This document shows positions 24,177 through 37,291 of a stretch of 64,000 nucleotides of DNA, one piece after another. Location of the stretch: NCBI RefSeq assembly GCF_001447785.1, contig NW_015169792.1, positions 529,564 to 593,563 on the forward strand. The letters run 5' to 3'. The translations under genes and the position numbers were made by a program. How positions within the stretch are numbered: the first letter of the stretch is position 1; each line of letters opens with the position of its first letter. The notes beneath the pieces were generated by a model. It was not told the origin of the DNA, did not search any database, and saw only the letters and a program-made list of their open reading frames with translations. This DNA is from Gekko japonicus (Eukaryota).

Positions 24177-27100
24177 ATTCACCCAGGCTGGCTGTGGGCA
24201 CGCCAGCAGCTCTGTCAGGCAGAAGCACCTGAGATCCTCCCCCTCCCCTATTCCTTCGCCCGACGTGGAGGGGAAGGGAAGGGAGAGGGGGAAAAGAATG
24301 GATCCCAGGTGCTTCTGCCTGTCAGAGGGGCTGGTGAACACTTCCAGTGATGTCAGGGGGTATGGCATATGCTAATAAGTCATGCTAATGAGCTCCTGCA
24401 GCTCTTTTTCTACGAAATTACCCCTGGTGGCAAATTTCTGCTATTCACGATTCTAATATCTGAAAAAGTCTTGGGTCAATCCCAAATATATGCCTATCAT
24501 ATTAAATGTTTTTGTTAATTATATGTAAGGCCTCTCATATTGGGAGACTTGACTGCAATAAAGAAGACAGTCAGATTTCCCCAGCACTAGTCATGAGATC
24601 TGATCACAGATTTCTGTGAACTTGTCTAAATATGTCACTTTACCATGGCACAAGTGCATCAGAGTAGCATATGGCCCAGGCAATGTCTAAATGGCAATAA
24701 AAGTAAGCTTCCATCACTTGAAAATAGACGTTAACATGTAAATGGTTTTATTTTAATTCTTCAACATCATAAATGCTACAGGAGGCAGCAGTGCAATTTT
24801 AAGTAAATACTTGTGTCCATGTTTTCAGTCTTTGTGAGAAATTTCCCTAGCTGACATCTCAGAAAAGCCCAATGAGTGACATGTGGAACGTTTCCTAATT
24901 GACTCAATATATGTCAAATGCATTTCCTTATGATAGACGCTACAGGAGGCAGCAGTGCAATTTAAGTAAATACTTATAGTGGTGTCCATGTTTTCAGTCT
25001 TTGTGAGAAATAGCTCTTTTTCTACGAAACGACCCCTGCTTAAGCAGATCACTGTCTTTTTTATGTGATCAGCCATTGCACAAATCCCCACATTCATCTC
25101 AGACCTATTTCCAATTCTAGTGACCAAAACATCTCATAGAATATCAAGAGGTACCGAACAGGCCTGGATCTAGAAAAGCAAGTTTGAACTCAAGAACACA
25201 GTGGTGAGGAACAACCAGCTTTGCTATTCCATGTGCATTCCCACTCTCATGGGCATTTCAATAGTACAATATATTTGCAAATGCCTATTCAAATTTTTCA
25301 GAAGTGTCATTTTGACTCTAGTTAAAGAAATGTTTATTGTTCTTGAATGCTTAGGGTGTTGTGCAACACGATATATTAGCTGTTCCACATCATTCTGTGT
25401 TACTGTTAAGAAATTTGATTTACAGACAATGGAACAGTGGGGAAGATATCTATCTCGCCATTGATCAGTATTTGGTCAGCAAACTGAATGTAGAAAGAGT
25501 GCTGCAAAGCAAAAAGGGAACACTTTATGACAAAGTTCACTTGCTCCATTAGAAATTATTGTGATTCATTATTCAATAGATTATGACATCAGGTGACAAT
25601 AAAGGGTTTACAAGACAAATAGGGTCAGCTGGAATCTCTACATTTGTCTTCAGTTTTACCTGATAATGTGTTTCTGTTGGTGGTAGTAAGAGATACCTGA
25701 ATCTATTGGTTATGGAAGAAGAAATGCAAAACACTTTACCAAGCTGTATCATTTTTCTGTATCCGTAATACCAAGATCAAAAACGTCTTTGAATCTAAAA
25801 TTACTCCAAGGTTTACTTAAGTCCCTATTGAGTTACTTGTTTACCTGGCTAACAAATCATCACAGCATATGCTGTGTAAGAACAACGCAGGTGGTCAGTG
25901 CTCTTGAGGGCTACATCAAAGAGGCCACCGTGAAGCTTTTCCGTGCGAAGCAACAGTGGTCTGAATTGTGTCTGTCACTATTCACCACAATGGGTTCTGT
26001 AACACATGATTGAAGTAGTCTTTGGTTCCTGTTGATTTACTTTTGGGTGTAGCTCTTTCCTTCTCTACATAAATTGGAATCATACAGAAACTCAGTATTA
26101 CCAGCGCCAACCTGAATGAATGAGCTCAGGGTGGACAATGTGATCATTATCAATAGACACTATTAATTAGGCATAGATTAACAAGCTTTCCCATTGTAAT
26201 ATTTATTGTTTTATTAAAACAAAGCTTATAGCGTGTAAATATTGTAAGGATTCTTTTTCCATGTCCAGGCTTAACAGATTTGCATATTGTCCAAAATGTT
26301 CAATATGCAAATTCTTATTTTTCTGATGTCTGTTCTTCCAATTTGACTCACCTAGATCAGGATATTATGGGCTTATTAACTGGGCCTTAGGTAAAGTAGC
26401 TTCTGCTCCTCTATCAAGGAACAGCATTCTTTCCCATTCAGACTGCAATCCCCAGCCCTTGCAAGACATAGTTCAATTTCTTGTATCATGCAGTGTCATT
26501 TAGATTACAATAATAGCAACAATCCAAACTGGGCAGTCATTCAGAGCTGATTAGCTGCCTATGCTTTAACTTTTTAAATTTTGGCATGAAGAAAAATAAT
26601 ACACAGACCCACTGTCAGTAATAACTTAGTTGAAAGTGTCTCTCTTGCCTGAGACAGCAAGTTACAAGCTTATCAAGTAGGCCTCAGGTCACATTGTTCC
26701 TGCTGTTCTTTCAAGGTAAAGCCTTGTGGCTTAGTCAGGCTGCAGTTTCCAGCCTTTGAAGGAAGGGGGAGGTTTTCTCCACAAAACTGTATCTTTTTTA
26801 ACCTCATAACATAGTTTGTACATGTCTATGAGCTACCCAGGCCACCATAATGTGAAGTCCTAATGTCTGTAGATTCTCAGCACTTTGAAGTGGCAGTTAA
26901 TGTCACCTTTAACATAGCTACACATATGGTTTACGTTCTCATGTCAGGTTACACTGTGCAGTATGCTTTTCCACACTGTGTGTGGAAATGGGGCCTACAG
27001 AGAGACCAATCCCTGGGCTGGAATTCTAATGCAGAAAGGCCCTTGCACATGCTATGAGTTCACCACTATCAATCTACCATAATCCAGGCTAATACAGTTT

Positions 27101-27634
27101 GCCACAAACTTAAAATAAGAACTAAAAAGATGTGCAGAACCAATAATTCTGTAGTCTATGTAACAGTTTGTTTGCATCCATGCATGTATGCATAATCTTT
27201 TGATTAAAATACATTTTAATAAATAACACGTCTTTCCAATATTTCTATCAAAGTGAACACAAATAAAGTATTACATGAGGCCCTCAGATAATCATTTAGG
27301 AGGTTGGGCCTACCCTATTAAATTACTAGATTAGCAATCTCTGCTACCACTTCTCCTTAGGCTAAGGTTGCCAGTGAGAGAACTGGAGGGTGGTAACACG
27401 GGAGGTAGCCATCAACAACTGCATTTACTATTCTAAATCAAGTGGCCATGGGCAGCCACATAATGTGACTTCCAGTGAAAACTTAGAAGAGCTGTCACAC
27501 CTCTCTAGGAATCCCTGGAATCTTTACAGTAAGAGAGGAAGTCCACTCCCAGCACTTCAAGTTGTTTGGTGCCAACGAAACATATCTGGGATCAGCTCAC
27601 ATTCTGGTCATGAATGTCTAACACAGCTGCCCCT

Positions 27635-27865
27635 AGAACCAGTTTGGTGTACTGGTTAAGAGAGGCAGACTCTAATCTGGAAAACCGGGTTTGATCCTCC
27701 CCTCCTCCACTTGAAGCCAGCTGGGTGACCTTGGGCCAGTCACAGTTCTTTCAGAGTTCTCTCAGCCTCTAAAAACAAGTCTAGCTCACCACTAGCACCC
27801 CTGAGCCTGCTTCGGCAGCGAGGGCAGGGTATAAATCCAATAAATAAATAAATAAATATATAAAT
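27635..27865 (+). mobile_element. Squam3-like head followed by an L2-type tail
   Basis: CCAGTTTGGTGTACTGGTTAAG..GTGACCTTGGG; CCCTGAGCC..GGGCAGGGTATAAATCC(AATA)n. Confidence 0.7.
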
Positions 27866-29910
27866 AACACTAAAAGCTAGCAATTGTGACTGCCAGACAA
27901 TCCTAGGGTCTCCTGGCTATTCTACACACAATGCCATACGATAATTAATTAATTGTTCAGCTGCCAAACATATTGGCTATGAAATCTGTGGCATCCTTTC
28001 TTCTCATCTGATGTCCTGCAAGATGCCAAATCTTGCAGGACTTCCAGGGATACATTATCTTAGCTAGCTGCATAAAACAAATCAGGAAAGCTTTTTCTTC
28101 CCAGCAATCTTCTCTTTCATTGCAAGCTTAGACTTGGGAGATGGCAGGGGTGAGGGGGTGTCCAATAATAACTATGTTTGTATCACCCAGAGCAGCTCAT
28201 GTAGTTTACTCAGTAGTCCTAGTGTGAAAAACATCATGGTTTGCAAATGAACATGTAGAAAACGGTGTGCCTTTGCTTCGAGTATATTGCTCAAAGCCCT
28301 TAAATTGACCTCTTAGGAGAATTTAAAAAAATGTCCATTGCTTATACAGTCAATGCTTGCTGTAGATTAGAGGGTTTGTTTTTTTTCCAACCAAGCAGGA
28401 TAACTCCTCTGTGAGGCTAATTAGTATTCTCTGAAAATGTCTAGGTTATCGATCTGAGATTTGAAGATGCTATTGATGTACACTAGCCAGTTACGCTTGG
28501 ATGAGAATTACCTATACAGGGAATTCTAAAGGAGAAAATATATTACAATTTTTGTGACTTCTATTGTTATGTAAACAGACAGCTTAGCTTGGAAATAAAG
28601 TATGCATCCTTTCAGGTTCTTGGAACGTTAAAATTCCCATAAGATCAGCAGTGATCTGGGAAATTGCATTGAGACACAACTCATTAACATATTTATCATT
28701 CAGATAACACAGTGTCTTTTACAGATTTGAGAACTTCCCCAAGCACATAATAGCTGTAGTTTTTGGAGTTTATCAGAATAGATGTTCTGAGATGTCTATA
28801 TTTATATGAGATGTCTATATTATGACATTGCCTCGCTGGGAAGCCGTCTCTTATGAATAATCACATGCCCATCATTAAGACAGACAGGCTATATGTGGAA
28901 AGGAGGGCCCTACATGTGTATCTGTTTGCAAAGCCCAGTGGCTGCTTTTTTCTATGGAAAAGGGAACTTCATAAGGGTGTAGTCTGAAACAAAGGAGCCA
29001 CAGATGGGTGCTTAAACCTTCCCTGCTTATTTGCTCTCCATTCCAAATCAGTCTTCAAGACACTTTCCCCTCTGTAGGGCTCCAAGAGAAGGTTAGCAAG
29101 AAGATAGCCATATTTGGAGCCCTACCAGACAGGAAATAGCTGGGAGGCACAATATTGAATGAAGAGGTGGCACTAACCGCTTCTCACAGTTTCTTCACTC
29201 CAAATCACCTCTTACTGAAACTGCAACTCTAGAGCTGTTTTCACAAGTAATATTTGGAAGTATCCGGCCATCCATAGGAGGAATGCATGCTGCCTGTGAT
29301 CTTTCTGATACACACATTCTCCATTTCATCTGAATAAGGCACCATGTGCATTTTCCAGCTTCTGTACATGCAAATGTGAACCCTCAAAACTCAGGTAAAT
29401 AGAGGGGGTGCCTTGTTCAGACTGAGCCTATTGGGAAGGTTGTGACTAGCATTCAGTCCTGGGATATGTGATGGGATGCTCTCAAATGTAACATCCGAAA
29501 AAGGCTTAGGAAAAACATCCAACAGGCACTAGAGTTATGGGGGAGAAACACAGAAGCATCATGGGAAGATACATGCTGAATGGTAAGACATTAGCTGTGT
29601 GATCATAAAAGCAGAGTTACACCCTTCTAAACTGATTGACTCCAGTGAATTTAGGTGTAGGATTAGGGCTTCTATCCCCATGGGGAATCCCCTGTCCCAG
29701 TCCCTGCCATTGCTCCATGGGAGGACTTACTGGTGGTGGAAAGAGGCCTAGGCTGGTGGCAACACTCCCAGTGTGCACCAGAAGTGATGTCAGCACATCA
29801 CTGGCATCACCAGATGCTCTAGTAGTTGGGCAAAACCTCTATGGTAAAACTATCCTAGGCCTTCCACTGCCACCATTATCTCCCACAGTAATGCTAGGAT
29901 TGAATTGTAG

Positions 29911-30913
29911 CAGCCCTGAAGCCAGAAATCTTTGGCTGGTGGGGCAGAGGCGAGGGAGTGGGGAGCAGGAAACTTAATTAGATTAAGTGGGGTAGTGAAG
30001 GGGAGAGAGGGGGGCTGGTTTTTTTGGAGCTGGTCTGTTAGGGGCTGGTCTGGTCCAGGAGATCCAGTCAGGTCCAGTCTGGGGGTCATAGCCAGAAGAA
30101 ACAGAACAAGAGACAAGTCGAGAGTCCAAGAGAGTGGCCATCAAAATCAGGAGGTCAGGAAGCCAGGAGTCCAAACAGGAGTGAGGTCCAAGAACTGGAG
30201 CTGAGGGTGGATGCAAGGTCAGCACGGATGCAACTTTTTGCTTCCACAGGAAGCCCAATCCTGAGTGGGAGCTATATAGGCCTCCAGCAGTGCTTCCCTT
30301 AGCAGTTGCACTGCTCTTGTCAGTACTCAGGGCTTGGCGTCTGCTTCCCTGCAAGTGTGTGTCTCGGTGACGGGTTGCTAAATCCTTGCGGAGTCACTCC
30401 CTCAGCGGAGCCACCCACAGAGGTGAATCAAGAGGACTTTCCATTTGTACCTGTGCCTCATCGGCGCTGCAGGACCAGGCGCTGGGGTTACTGACTTGGG
30501 CGCTGGCAGCGGCAAACTGTAGATTCCCAAGGAGTGGGGGGGGCAGCTTCCAGCTCTGGTAATGCTGGTGACTCTGGCTGCACTGCCAACTCAGGCAGGA
30601 GCCTGTCGCCATCACCCATGACACTCTCTCTTTCCTTCCCCAGCCCCCTCCCAGTGGCAGGGAGGCTGAGGAAGGAAAGGGAAGCCACCCTGCCTCTTCT
30701 GGTCAGTTCCACCCCCTCCAATCAGCTGTTAAACCTAACAGCTGATCTGCTCGGAGTAAAACTGACCAGAAGCAGCAGGGGGCTTCACTTTCATTCCCTA
30801 GCCTCCCTGCCACTGCAGGGCAAGGCACACTGGGGATGGGGGGCGTGGGTGGGGCAGGGATTGACCATGGTGGGTTCTCCGCCCCCAAACGCTCCATCAT
30901 GGTTATGGGCCAG
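29911..30913. mobile_element. Short hAT (Tip100-like) MITE split by a solo LTR
   Basis: Termini CAGCCCTGAAGCCAG / TGGTTATGGGCCAG; flanking direct repeat ATTGTAG (29904-29910 and 30914-30920). Confidence 0.6.
30036..30867. mobile_element. Probable Gypsy-type solo LTR (~830 bp)
   Basis: TGTTAG...GACCA termini; 5-bp flanks TGGTC / TGGTG; CAGGAG-rich tract and CTATATAG. Confidence 0.55.
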
Positions 30914-30999
30914 ATTGTAGGTATGTGCATTTGTGTTCCATTTAAATAACACTGTTGTCAATGAAGAATTTTGAACAGGGTGCCAGTGTTCCGTGGCAG

Positions 31000-31848
31000 A
31001 TTCAGTACCTGATGTTGGTGGACGGCGGTTGTGTGTAACTCTGCGAATTCCTGGTGGGCGGCTGGGTGTCTCTGGGTGCCTTTGGAGAGACTGGCCCGAG
31101 CGATGTGGCCAGTATTGCCACAGGTCCTACAGGTCACATAATGGAAACAGCAGGAGCGCCGCTCATGGTCATCTCCACAGCTGGCGCAAGGAGCCAGTAT
31201 GATGGTCTTCGTGGGATGTGTGGCAGCGGCAGCGGGTCATGAGTCACAGCATGGTGGGCGACGAACCTGATGCATTTCTTCCTCGTCTGAGAGGCTTCCA
31301 GTGCTGAGTGAGCAGAGGCCTGGTGTGTGGAGTGGGTCTGGCAGGCATGCTGAGACTTCTCAAATGTGGTGGCCTCACATAGTGCCTTCTCCAGGGTGAG
31401 CTCCTTGTGACTGATGAGTTTTTGGCAAAGTTTCTGCTCTTGGACGCTCATGATAAACTGGTTGAGGAGGGCGTCCTCAAGATTTGGGAACTTGTAGTTG
31501 AGGGCCAGCCGATGGAGGTCGGCCATGAAGTCAGTGGCTGCCTCGTTGGCCTTTTGTTGGCGCGAGAAGAAGTCCACATGCTATGCTATCTTGGTTGGTT
31601 GAGGCGTGAAATGGCCAGTGAGCACCTTGAGGAGGTTGTCGTATGAAGCCTCTTCTAGGGTCTTTGGCGTAATGAGGCCCTGGACGCAGAGTGGCAATTC
31701 CACAGGTGCTGAGCAGGAGGGCCTTCGTTTTCTTGGCGTCCCTGATGTCCTGGAACCTGAGGAAGTACTTGAGCCGCTCCACCCAGGTTTTCCACAATTC
31801 TGGGTGGGTGGGGTCAAATTCCGATAGATGTCCCAGAGAGACAGCCAT
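31000..31848 (-). pseudogene. Mag-type gag with a double zinc knuckle
   Basis: LSEFDP..WKTWVERL..LLLSTCG; HFTPQP; FFSRQQ..FMADL; LTLEKAL; CASCGDDHERRSC..CRTCGNTGHIARAS (CX2CX3HX4C plus a decayed CX2CX4HX4C). Confidence 0.88.
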
Positions 31849-31955
31849 GATCCGTGGAGCGGTATAGTGCGAGGGTGCTGGAGCTTATGGTGTGGTGTGG
31901 TGTGGTGCGGTGCGGTGCGGTGCTAGCTGGATCTGGATCAGACTTGCTCATTGGG

Positions 31956-31973
31956 ATCCCACCTTCGTCGCCA
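31956..31973 (-). promoter_or_regulatory. Primer-binding site complementary to the tRNA-Ser(GCT) 3' end
   Basis: The + strand reads ATCCCACCTTCGTCGCCA, matching the recalled 3' 18 nt of vertebrate tRNA-Ser-GCT including CCA. Confidence 0.85.
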
Positions 31974-32635
31974 GTGAAATATACTGGGTTCAGACGCGTA
32001 TAGTGATCAGCTCATAGTTTATTAGTGATTCAGCAAGTAAAAAGAAGACTGGAAATCCATGGCCAAAGCCAGGTATTTATGTATGCAAAAGGTTACACCC
32101 AAAACACACTCCACCCAGTGATAGGCTATTTACATTAAATTGGTTCTCAACTGGTTTACTCTAGGATCCTTGTTTCCCTACTGGTCCATTTTAAGATCCT
32201 AGCCAGCTATTGTTATGCATCCCCAAGCTACGTCCATTGGTAAGTACAGTTCAGTCTCAGTACATAACACCCTCCCTATAATGTAATCACCCTAGAATGT
32301 ATGCCATTTAAAGGCTCAGTTCCTTATCCCCACCAGTGCATGGGGAAGCTGATGATATTAAATGCTGTCCAAGGTCACCTGAGCAGCTGGTAAGAGTACC
32401 TTTTCAGATTATGGAGGAATATCTGTGGCCATTTAAGGTTTAAAGGTATGGCTGAACGTTTGTTTTGATCAGTACCCAAGATGAAATTGGAAGAGGAAAA
32501 AAGTTTACTCAGAGACTGATTAATCTTTTTTTTTATTTATATAGTATATTTCTTCAGAGTCCTGCTTGAGGTGATAATTTATATTATGGAAGGAAGACTG
32601 GACTGGTGGTATGGAGAAGAAAGGGAAAACCTATA

Positions 32636-32757
32636 GTTTCAGAGGGTAGCCATCTTGGTCTTCCGTAGAACAGTTAGATTCGAGTCCAGGAGCACTTTTC
32701 AAAGTACCTTGAAAATCTTGTCACTCTCTGAGATGCTACTGGACTCAAATCTAACTG
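32636..32757. mobile_element. Palindromic Penelope-like terminal remnant
   Basis: CAGTTAGATTCGAGTCCAG..CTGGACTCAAATCTAACTG inverted pair; resembles reptile PLE inverted termini. Confidence 0.5.
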
Positions 32758-33453
32758 GGAAATATATAAAAAATGTTGGTTCTTTTTAACCTTCAGGAAT
32801 TCTTCATATGCAAGCACTGTGTTCATATTATTCAGCTCATAATTATTGATTTCAGAAAGATTTTTCAAAGAATTATTTTCTCAAAGTGCTTTTTTTATTC
32901 ATACGGACAACAAATATTCCAGTATTTTATACATTTTAACAAACCTTTCTATGATAAATGGGTATTTTCTTTTCTTTTTTTTTTCATTGCTTGAATGGCA
33001 GAAGGTGGGGAGGGGCAGCTTTCCTACCTCTTGCGATCGTTCCTTTTAGCTAGTGTTGTAGAATCCTCCAAGAAGGAATGTGAGGTACTGTTTTAGAAAT
33101 CCACAGGAGGAAGTATGATGTAGCTCCCTATCTGTATAGAAGAGCACTCTAATCCCCCGCCCTTCCGCCACGGATCTCTCCACCATGGAGCAATGTGGTC
33201 TCAGGCTCTGTTATTTCATTGTTCACGCTCTCTAGATCCACCCACTTTATGAGCTGAGGTTGGATCTCTATTTAACCCCCTGTCTCTGAATTTAGCCGAA
33301 TACTCCCTCTGTCCATCTGTGTCTCCTACCGAATCCCAAGAGTCTCAGCAGCTTCTGAGTCTAATACAAACAGTAGCTGAGGGAGTTTTCGAGCAAAGTG
33401 GAAAGTACCTTGCTAACTGCTTTAAAGCTATCTGGGACAATGCCAGGATCCAT

Positions 33454-33508
33454 AGTAAGCATGATTTCACAGGTAAGCATGATTTCACAGGTATGCATGA
33501 TTTCACAG
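33454..33508. repeat. 18-bp tandem repeat x3
   Basis: GTA(A/T)GCATGATTTCACAG repeated three times. Confidence 0.95.
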
Positions 33509-34799
33509 TCGAATTCCATCAGGGGAATGGGCTGTCAAAGGTCAGGAGAGAGGCTAACTCAATTGTCTTTTAGGAACCACACAGAGGAGAATGTGAGATT
33601 GTCCGTTTGAGCTTGAGTACCTGTTGGGGATGAGGGGGTAAGAATGTTTGCCACAGAGGAGAATGAGGCCCCTGTAAATGTCATTTTGTGCTTGTGTGAA
33701 AAGGAAACAGACTAATAGAGAGATTTCACTGACCAAAAGGGATTTGATTAGGGAAAGGAATTTCTCACTGTGCATCACTGCCATCCTGTGCCACCTCAAG
33801 GATGCTTAAACACCTGCCTGTTCAGCTCACCAACTGTTCGATGATTGCCCATCAGTCGGTTTGCTGTTTGTGATCAGTTGGAGCTTGTCCATCAGGTTGC
33901 TTTTCAGGTATTCATATTGTATAGTGCAGTGCAATTTATTTATTTTTTGGATTTGTGCCCTCCTGCACAACAGATAGGTGGCCAGGTTGGTCACCCTTGG
34001 ACTCTGTCACCCACTGCTGCTCAACAGAAGGGGGGCATAAAGTTTTGTGGAAATCCTAGCACATTCAGCTATGCGTTGACATCACTTCCAGTTACACACC
34101 TGGCAGTGATGTCACAAAGCACCATTTCAGCAAGTCTCTCCCCCTCCCCAGTCTCCCAGGGGTCGCCAGCATCTCCCCTTCACTAGGAGAGTCTCTAATG
34201 GGCGAACTCAGCATTAGGGGATATTGCCTGTTTGGATCCCATCTCTCTCAAGCATAGGGAAAACAAATGGGAAACAGGGTTATTGCTGCAGGTAAAACAC
34301 TTCATATTTCCCCCACAATTCTATATTCAACGTAAATAATTTGTACTTCTAGAAAAAGAGTGTATGTGTGGGAGTATTTTTTGAAGACCATTGGGAGTGA
34401 TCAAACTGAGGGTATTTAAGGGCTGGGCTTTTAAATTTCATTGTGTTCCCTTCCATTCCCCTGTCGGGCAAGTACTGGTTTTGTTTGTCATTTCTAGTAA
34501 CAGATTTCAAGAATCATTTCAGCTTACTGGGGGAAGCGGTATCTTGGGTAAGCTGCTATCAGATGCAGACCAAGATATCTGGGAGCCTGAAGCAGAAAAT
34601 CCAAACAGTTCATACCCATGCCCCCATCTATATATCTAATAGTCAAGTTGCCCCCTCCATGCGGATATCTAAATCCACACAATTGGAGCAGTCCCCAGGG
34701 GTGCAGAAAAATCTAAAAAGTTGAAAAAATATACAGGGGATATTTAAATCCCCCCAAAAGTAAAAGCATTCACTGCACATGTGCAGAGAACACTCTGGC

Positions 34800-35150
34800 C
34801 ATTGGGGGGGAGGCTCAGCAGGCCCGGCAGCTGGAAGCTGCTAAGGCCCCCCCGCCGATGCCAGGAGGGAGTGGCAGAAGGCTCGGTGGGCCCGCATGGG
34901 CAGGGGAGAAGGATTGGCAAACCCGGTGGCTGAGAGCAACATGGACCTCACCGCCAGTGCAGGGGGTGGGAAGAAGGATTGGCAGACCCAGCAGCTGGGA
35001 GCCACGCGGGTCTCGCCATCGGTGCCAGGGGGAGAAGGATTGGCGGGCCCAGGTCTCGCCGTCGGTGGGGGGAGAAAACTCACCTACAGCTGCTTCCTCC
35101 TCCTCTACCATGTAGAGCTTCTTCTCCCCCACCCCTTGCAAGTATCGCGG
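34800..35150. repeat. GC-rich ~60-66-bp degenerate minisatellite, likely an internal part of a DNA element
   Basis: AGAAGGATTGGC recurs three times between 34900 and 35045. Confidence 0.6.
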
Positions 35151-36047
35151 GTCCCCACTTCTTGTAAGAAATATAATACTCTAAATAAAGAACAGTTTAT
35201 GCTAGTTACTTACTACGCTCTTCTTTTACATTCGAATCAGCTGTCTGAGGTGGGTTACTTCACCCTCAGCCTTCTTCACAGGATTGTCGGGAGGGAGAAA
35301 TGCTTATGAGAGATCTTTAGAGGGAGGATAAGGTACAAATACAGTTAATAAATATAAATAAATAAAAGGAATGCTTTTTATTCATTTAACTAGACTCATC
35401 ATTTATATCTAGGGTTCATGTTTTTCTTTGATTTATCTTTTCCTTTTTTTTTTACAACGAGCTTCCCAAAAGATTTGGCCATTAATATTAACGGGTATTT
35501 GAATCTCATTACTCTGATTTATGTCTTTTCAATACATTTAAAGCAATGTCAATACAAACTTATCTGTCTCTTGTGAGTGCTGGGCATAGGACTGAGACCA
35601 GAAATGTTATGGGACATACCCAGCAACAAAGGAGTGTTTTAACTATATTCTAGATTATATGAGAACACTATATTTGCAAAATGGAGTGTCCTTTCTGCTC
35701 AATATTTAACATGGACATAAATTTAACTAAAAGGGTACTCACAACATAAAGTGGTCATTATATCACACGATTGGTCTCAAAATCAGTTTTCAGGCAGCAG
35801 GAAAAAATGTTTTACCACCTAAATTGCTGCTCCATAGCCTTGTCATTTAAAGTATTTTTTTCAACAGACCATGTATATATCCAGTTTAATATCCTGAAAT
35901 ACACCTGCTTTTAATCTAATGCTTAGCAAAAAGGCATTCTTTTCAGATCATAGGTCTTAATTCAAAATTAGAGAAACGCGCATTTCATCCCCCCCCCTCC
36001 TGAAACCGGGGAAATTCTGAGAGTTTAATGCAATTAATTGATTTAAC

Positions 36048-36540
36048 CATGAATCATAGAATCATAGAGTTGGAAGGGACTTCCAGGGTCATCTAGACCA
36101 ACCCCTTGCACGATGCAGGAAATTCACAAATACCTCCTCCTCAAACCCCCAGTGGCCACTTTTCCATACCCAGAAGATGACAAAAAAACCCATGCTGGAT
36201 CTCCAGCCAAACTGGCCTAGAGAAAAATTGCTTCCTGACCCCAAAGTGGTGATCAGCATTTCCATGGGCACGTAAAAAGGACCACAAGAACTAAGCACTG
36301 ATGCAGCCCTTCCTGCTCTCATGATCTGCCTAAGTTCACAGAATCAGCATTGCTGACAGATGGCCATCTAGCTTTTGTTTGAAAACCTCCAAAGAAGGAG
36401 AGCCCACCACCTCCCGAGGAAGCCTGTTCCACTGAGGAACTGCTCTAACTGTCAGGAAGTTCTTCCTAATGTTTAGCTGAAAACTCTTTTGGTTTAATTT
36501 CAACCCATTGGTTCTGATCTGACCTTCTGGAGCAACAAAA
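36048..36540 (-). mobile_element. CR1 3' end
   Basis: GAATCATAGAATCATAGAG tail; same family as 17-752. Confidence 0.92.
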
Positions 36541-37291
36541 GACTGATGAAGATTAAATCCCAGGTACTTTTAATTGGTCCTCCGTGGAAGGGTTCCTTAC
36601 ACTCTACCAAGATCTCTAGGCATTCGTTTGCTGAGGACAGTAAACCAGATCAAAACCGAACTTTCTACTAATATTAATTCATTTTGGAATCCTCAGCACT
36701 GATAGGATTATACAAAGGGATATTTTGTCCAAGAATGTCTGTGAATATGGTACAGACTCTGTTCTCATATGAACAGAATTTTCTGTATTCCTACAACCAC
36801 AAGAACATGTTTTCCTATGACAGTGAGAGAAAGAGAGGGAGATACCATACCTTTACTGCTGCTGAATTTTCTCCAGTCATTCTGTCTCCTCCACCTCTGA
36901 CACATATTCATTTGTGCATTTACTTGATATATTTAATTCCCTTTATTTGTAGAGTGCCTTGCTGAGACTCGATGCTTGTATACTTACTGGATGACAATGA
37001 TATCTTTTGGGCATCAGAATCTCCAGGATTCTATTTGATTCTTTGCCTGATGGGATTTTCTCTTCCTTTTGTTGTGGGAGACAGATCTGCCATGCCATGC
37101 AGAAGGGATACCTGGTGAGCAGAGAAACTCTTGCAGGTGTGTTAGGACTGGCAGATGAAAGAGGGTGCAGACTTTTTTCCTGGGTTCAAGTTTCGCTCAA
37201 TATATTAAAAGATGCTGTTTTTGTAGCAGCACCAGAAAAACAGCCAGTCAGTTTGCATCTGAAAGATGGAGGTGATTTCATCCAGATTAAA

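Larger units (their letters stand above)
23130..24426. mobile_element. 1.3-kb non-autonomous hAT element carrying an internal 200-bp tandem repeat and a CR1 3' fragment
   Basis: Perfect 8-bp TSD GTGGCAAA (23122-23129 and 24427-24434); termini CAGG.. / ..CCCCTG. Confidence 0.8.
30985..32269 (-). mobile_element. Truncated Gypsy (Mag-clade-like) LTR retrotransposon: 5' LTR, PBS and gag
   Basis: 295-bp TG..CA LTR at 32269-31975, PBS one base downstream, gag pseudogene; no pol or 3' LTR. Confidence 0.85.

Noticed and set aside
25361-26013. Short ORFs with a plausible amino-acid composition
   Set aside because: No recognisable homology or consistent splice structure; more likely non-coding unique DNA.
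31134-31848. Domesticated gag gene
   Set aside because: It has stops and frameshifts and a decayed second knuckle, and the LTR and PBS are still attached.
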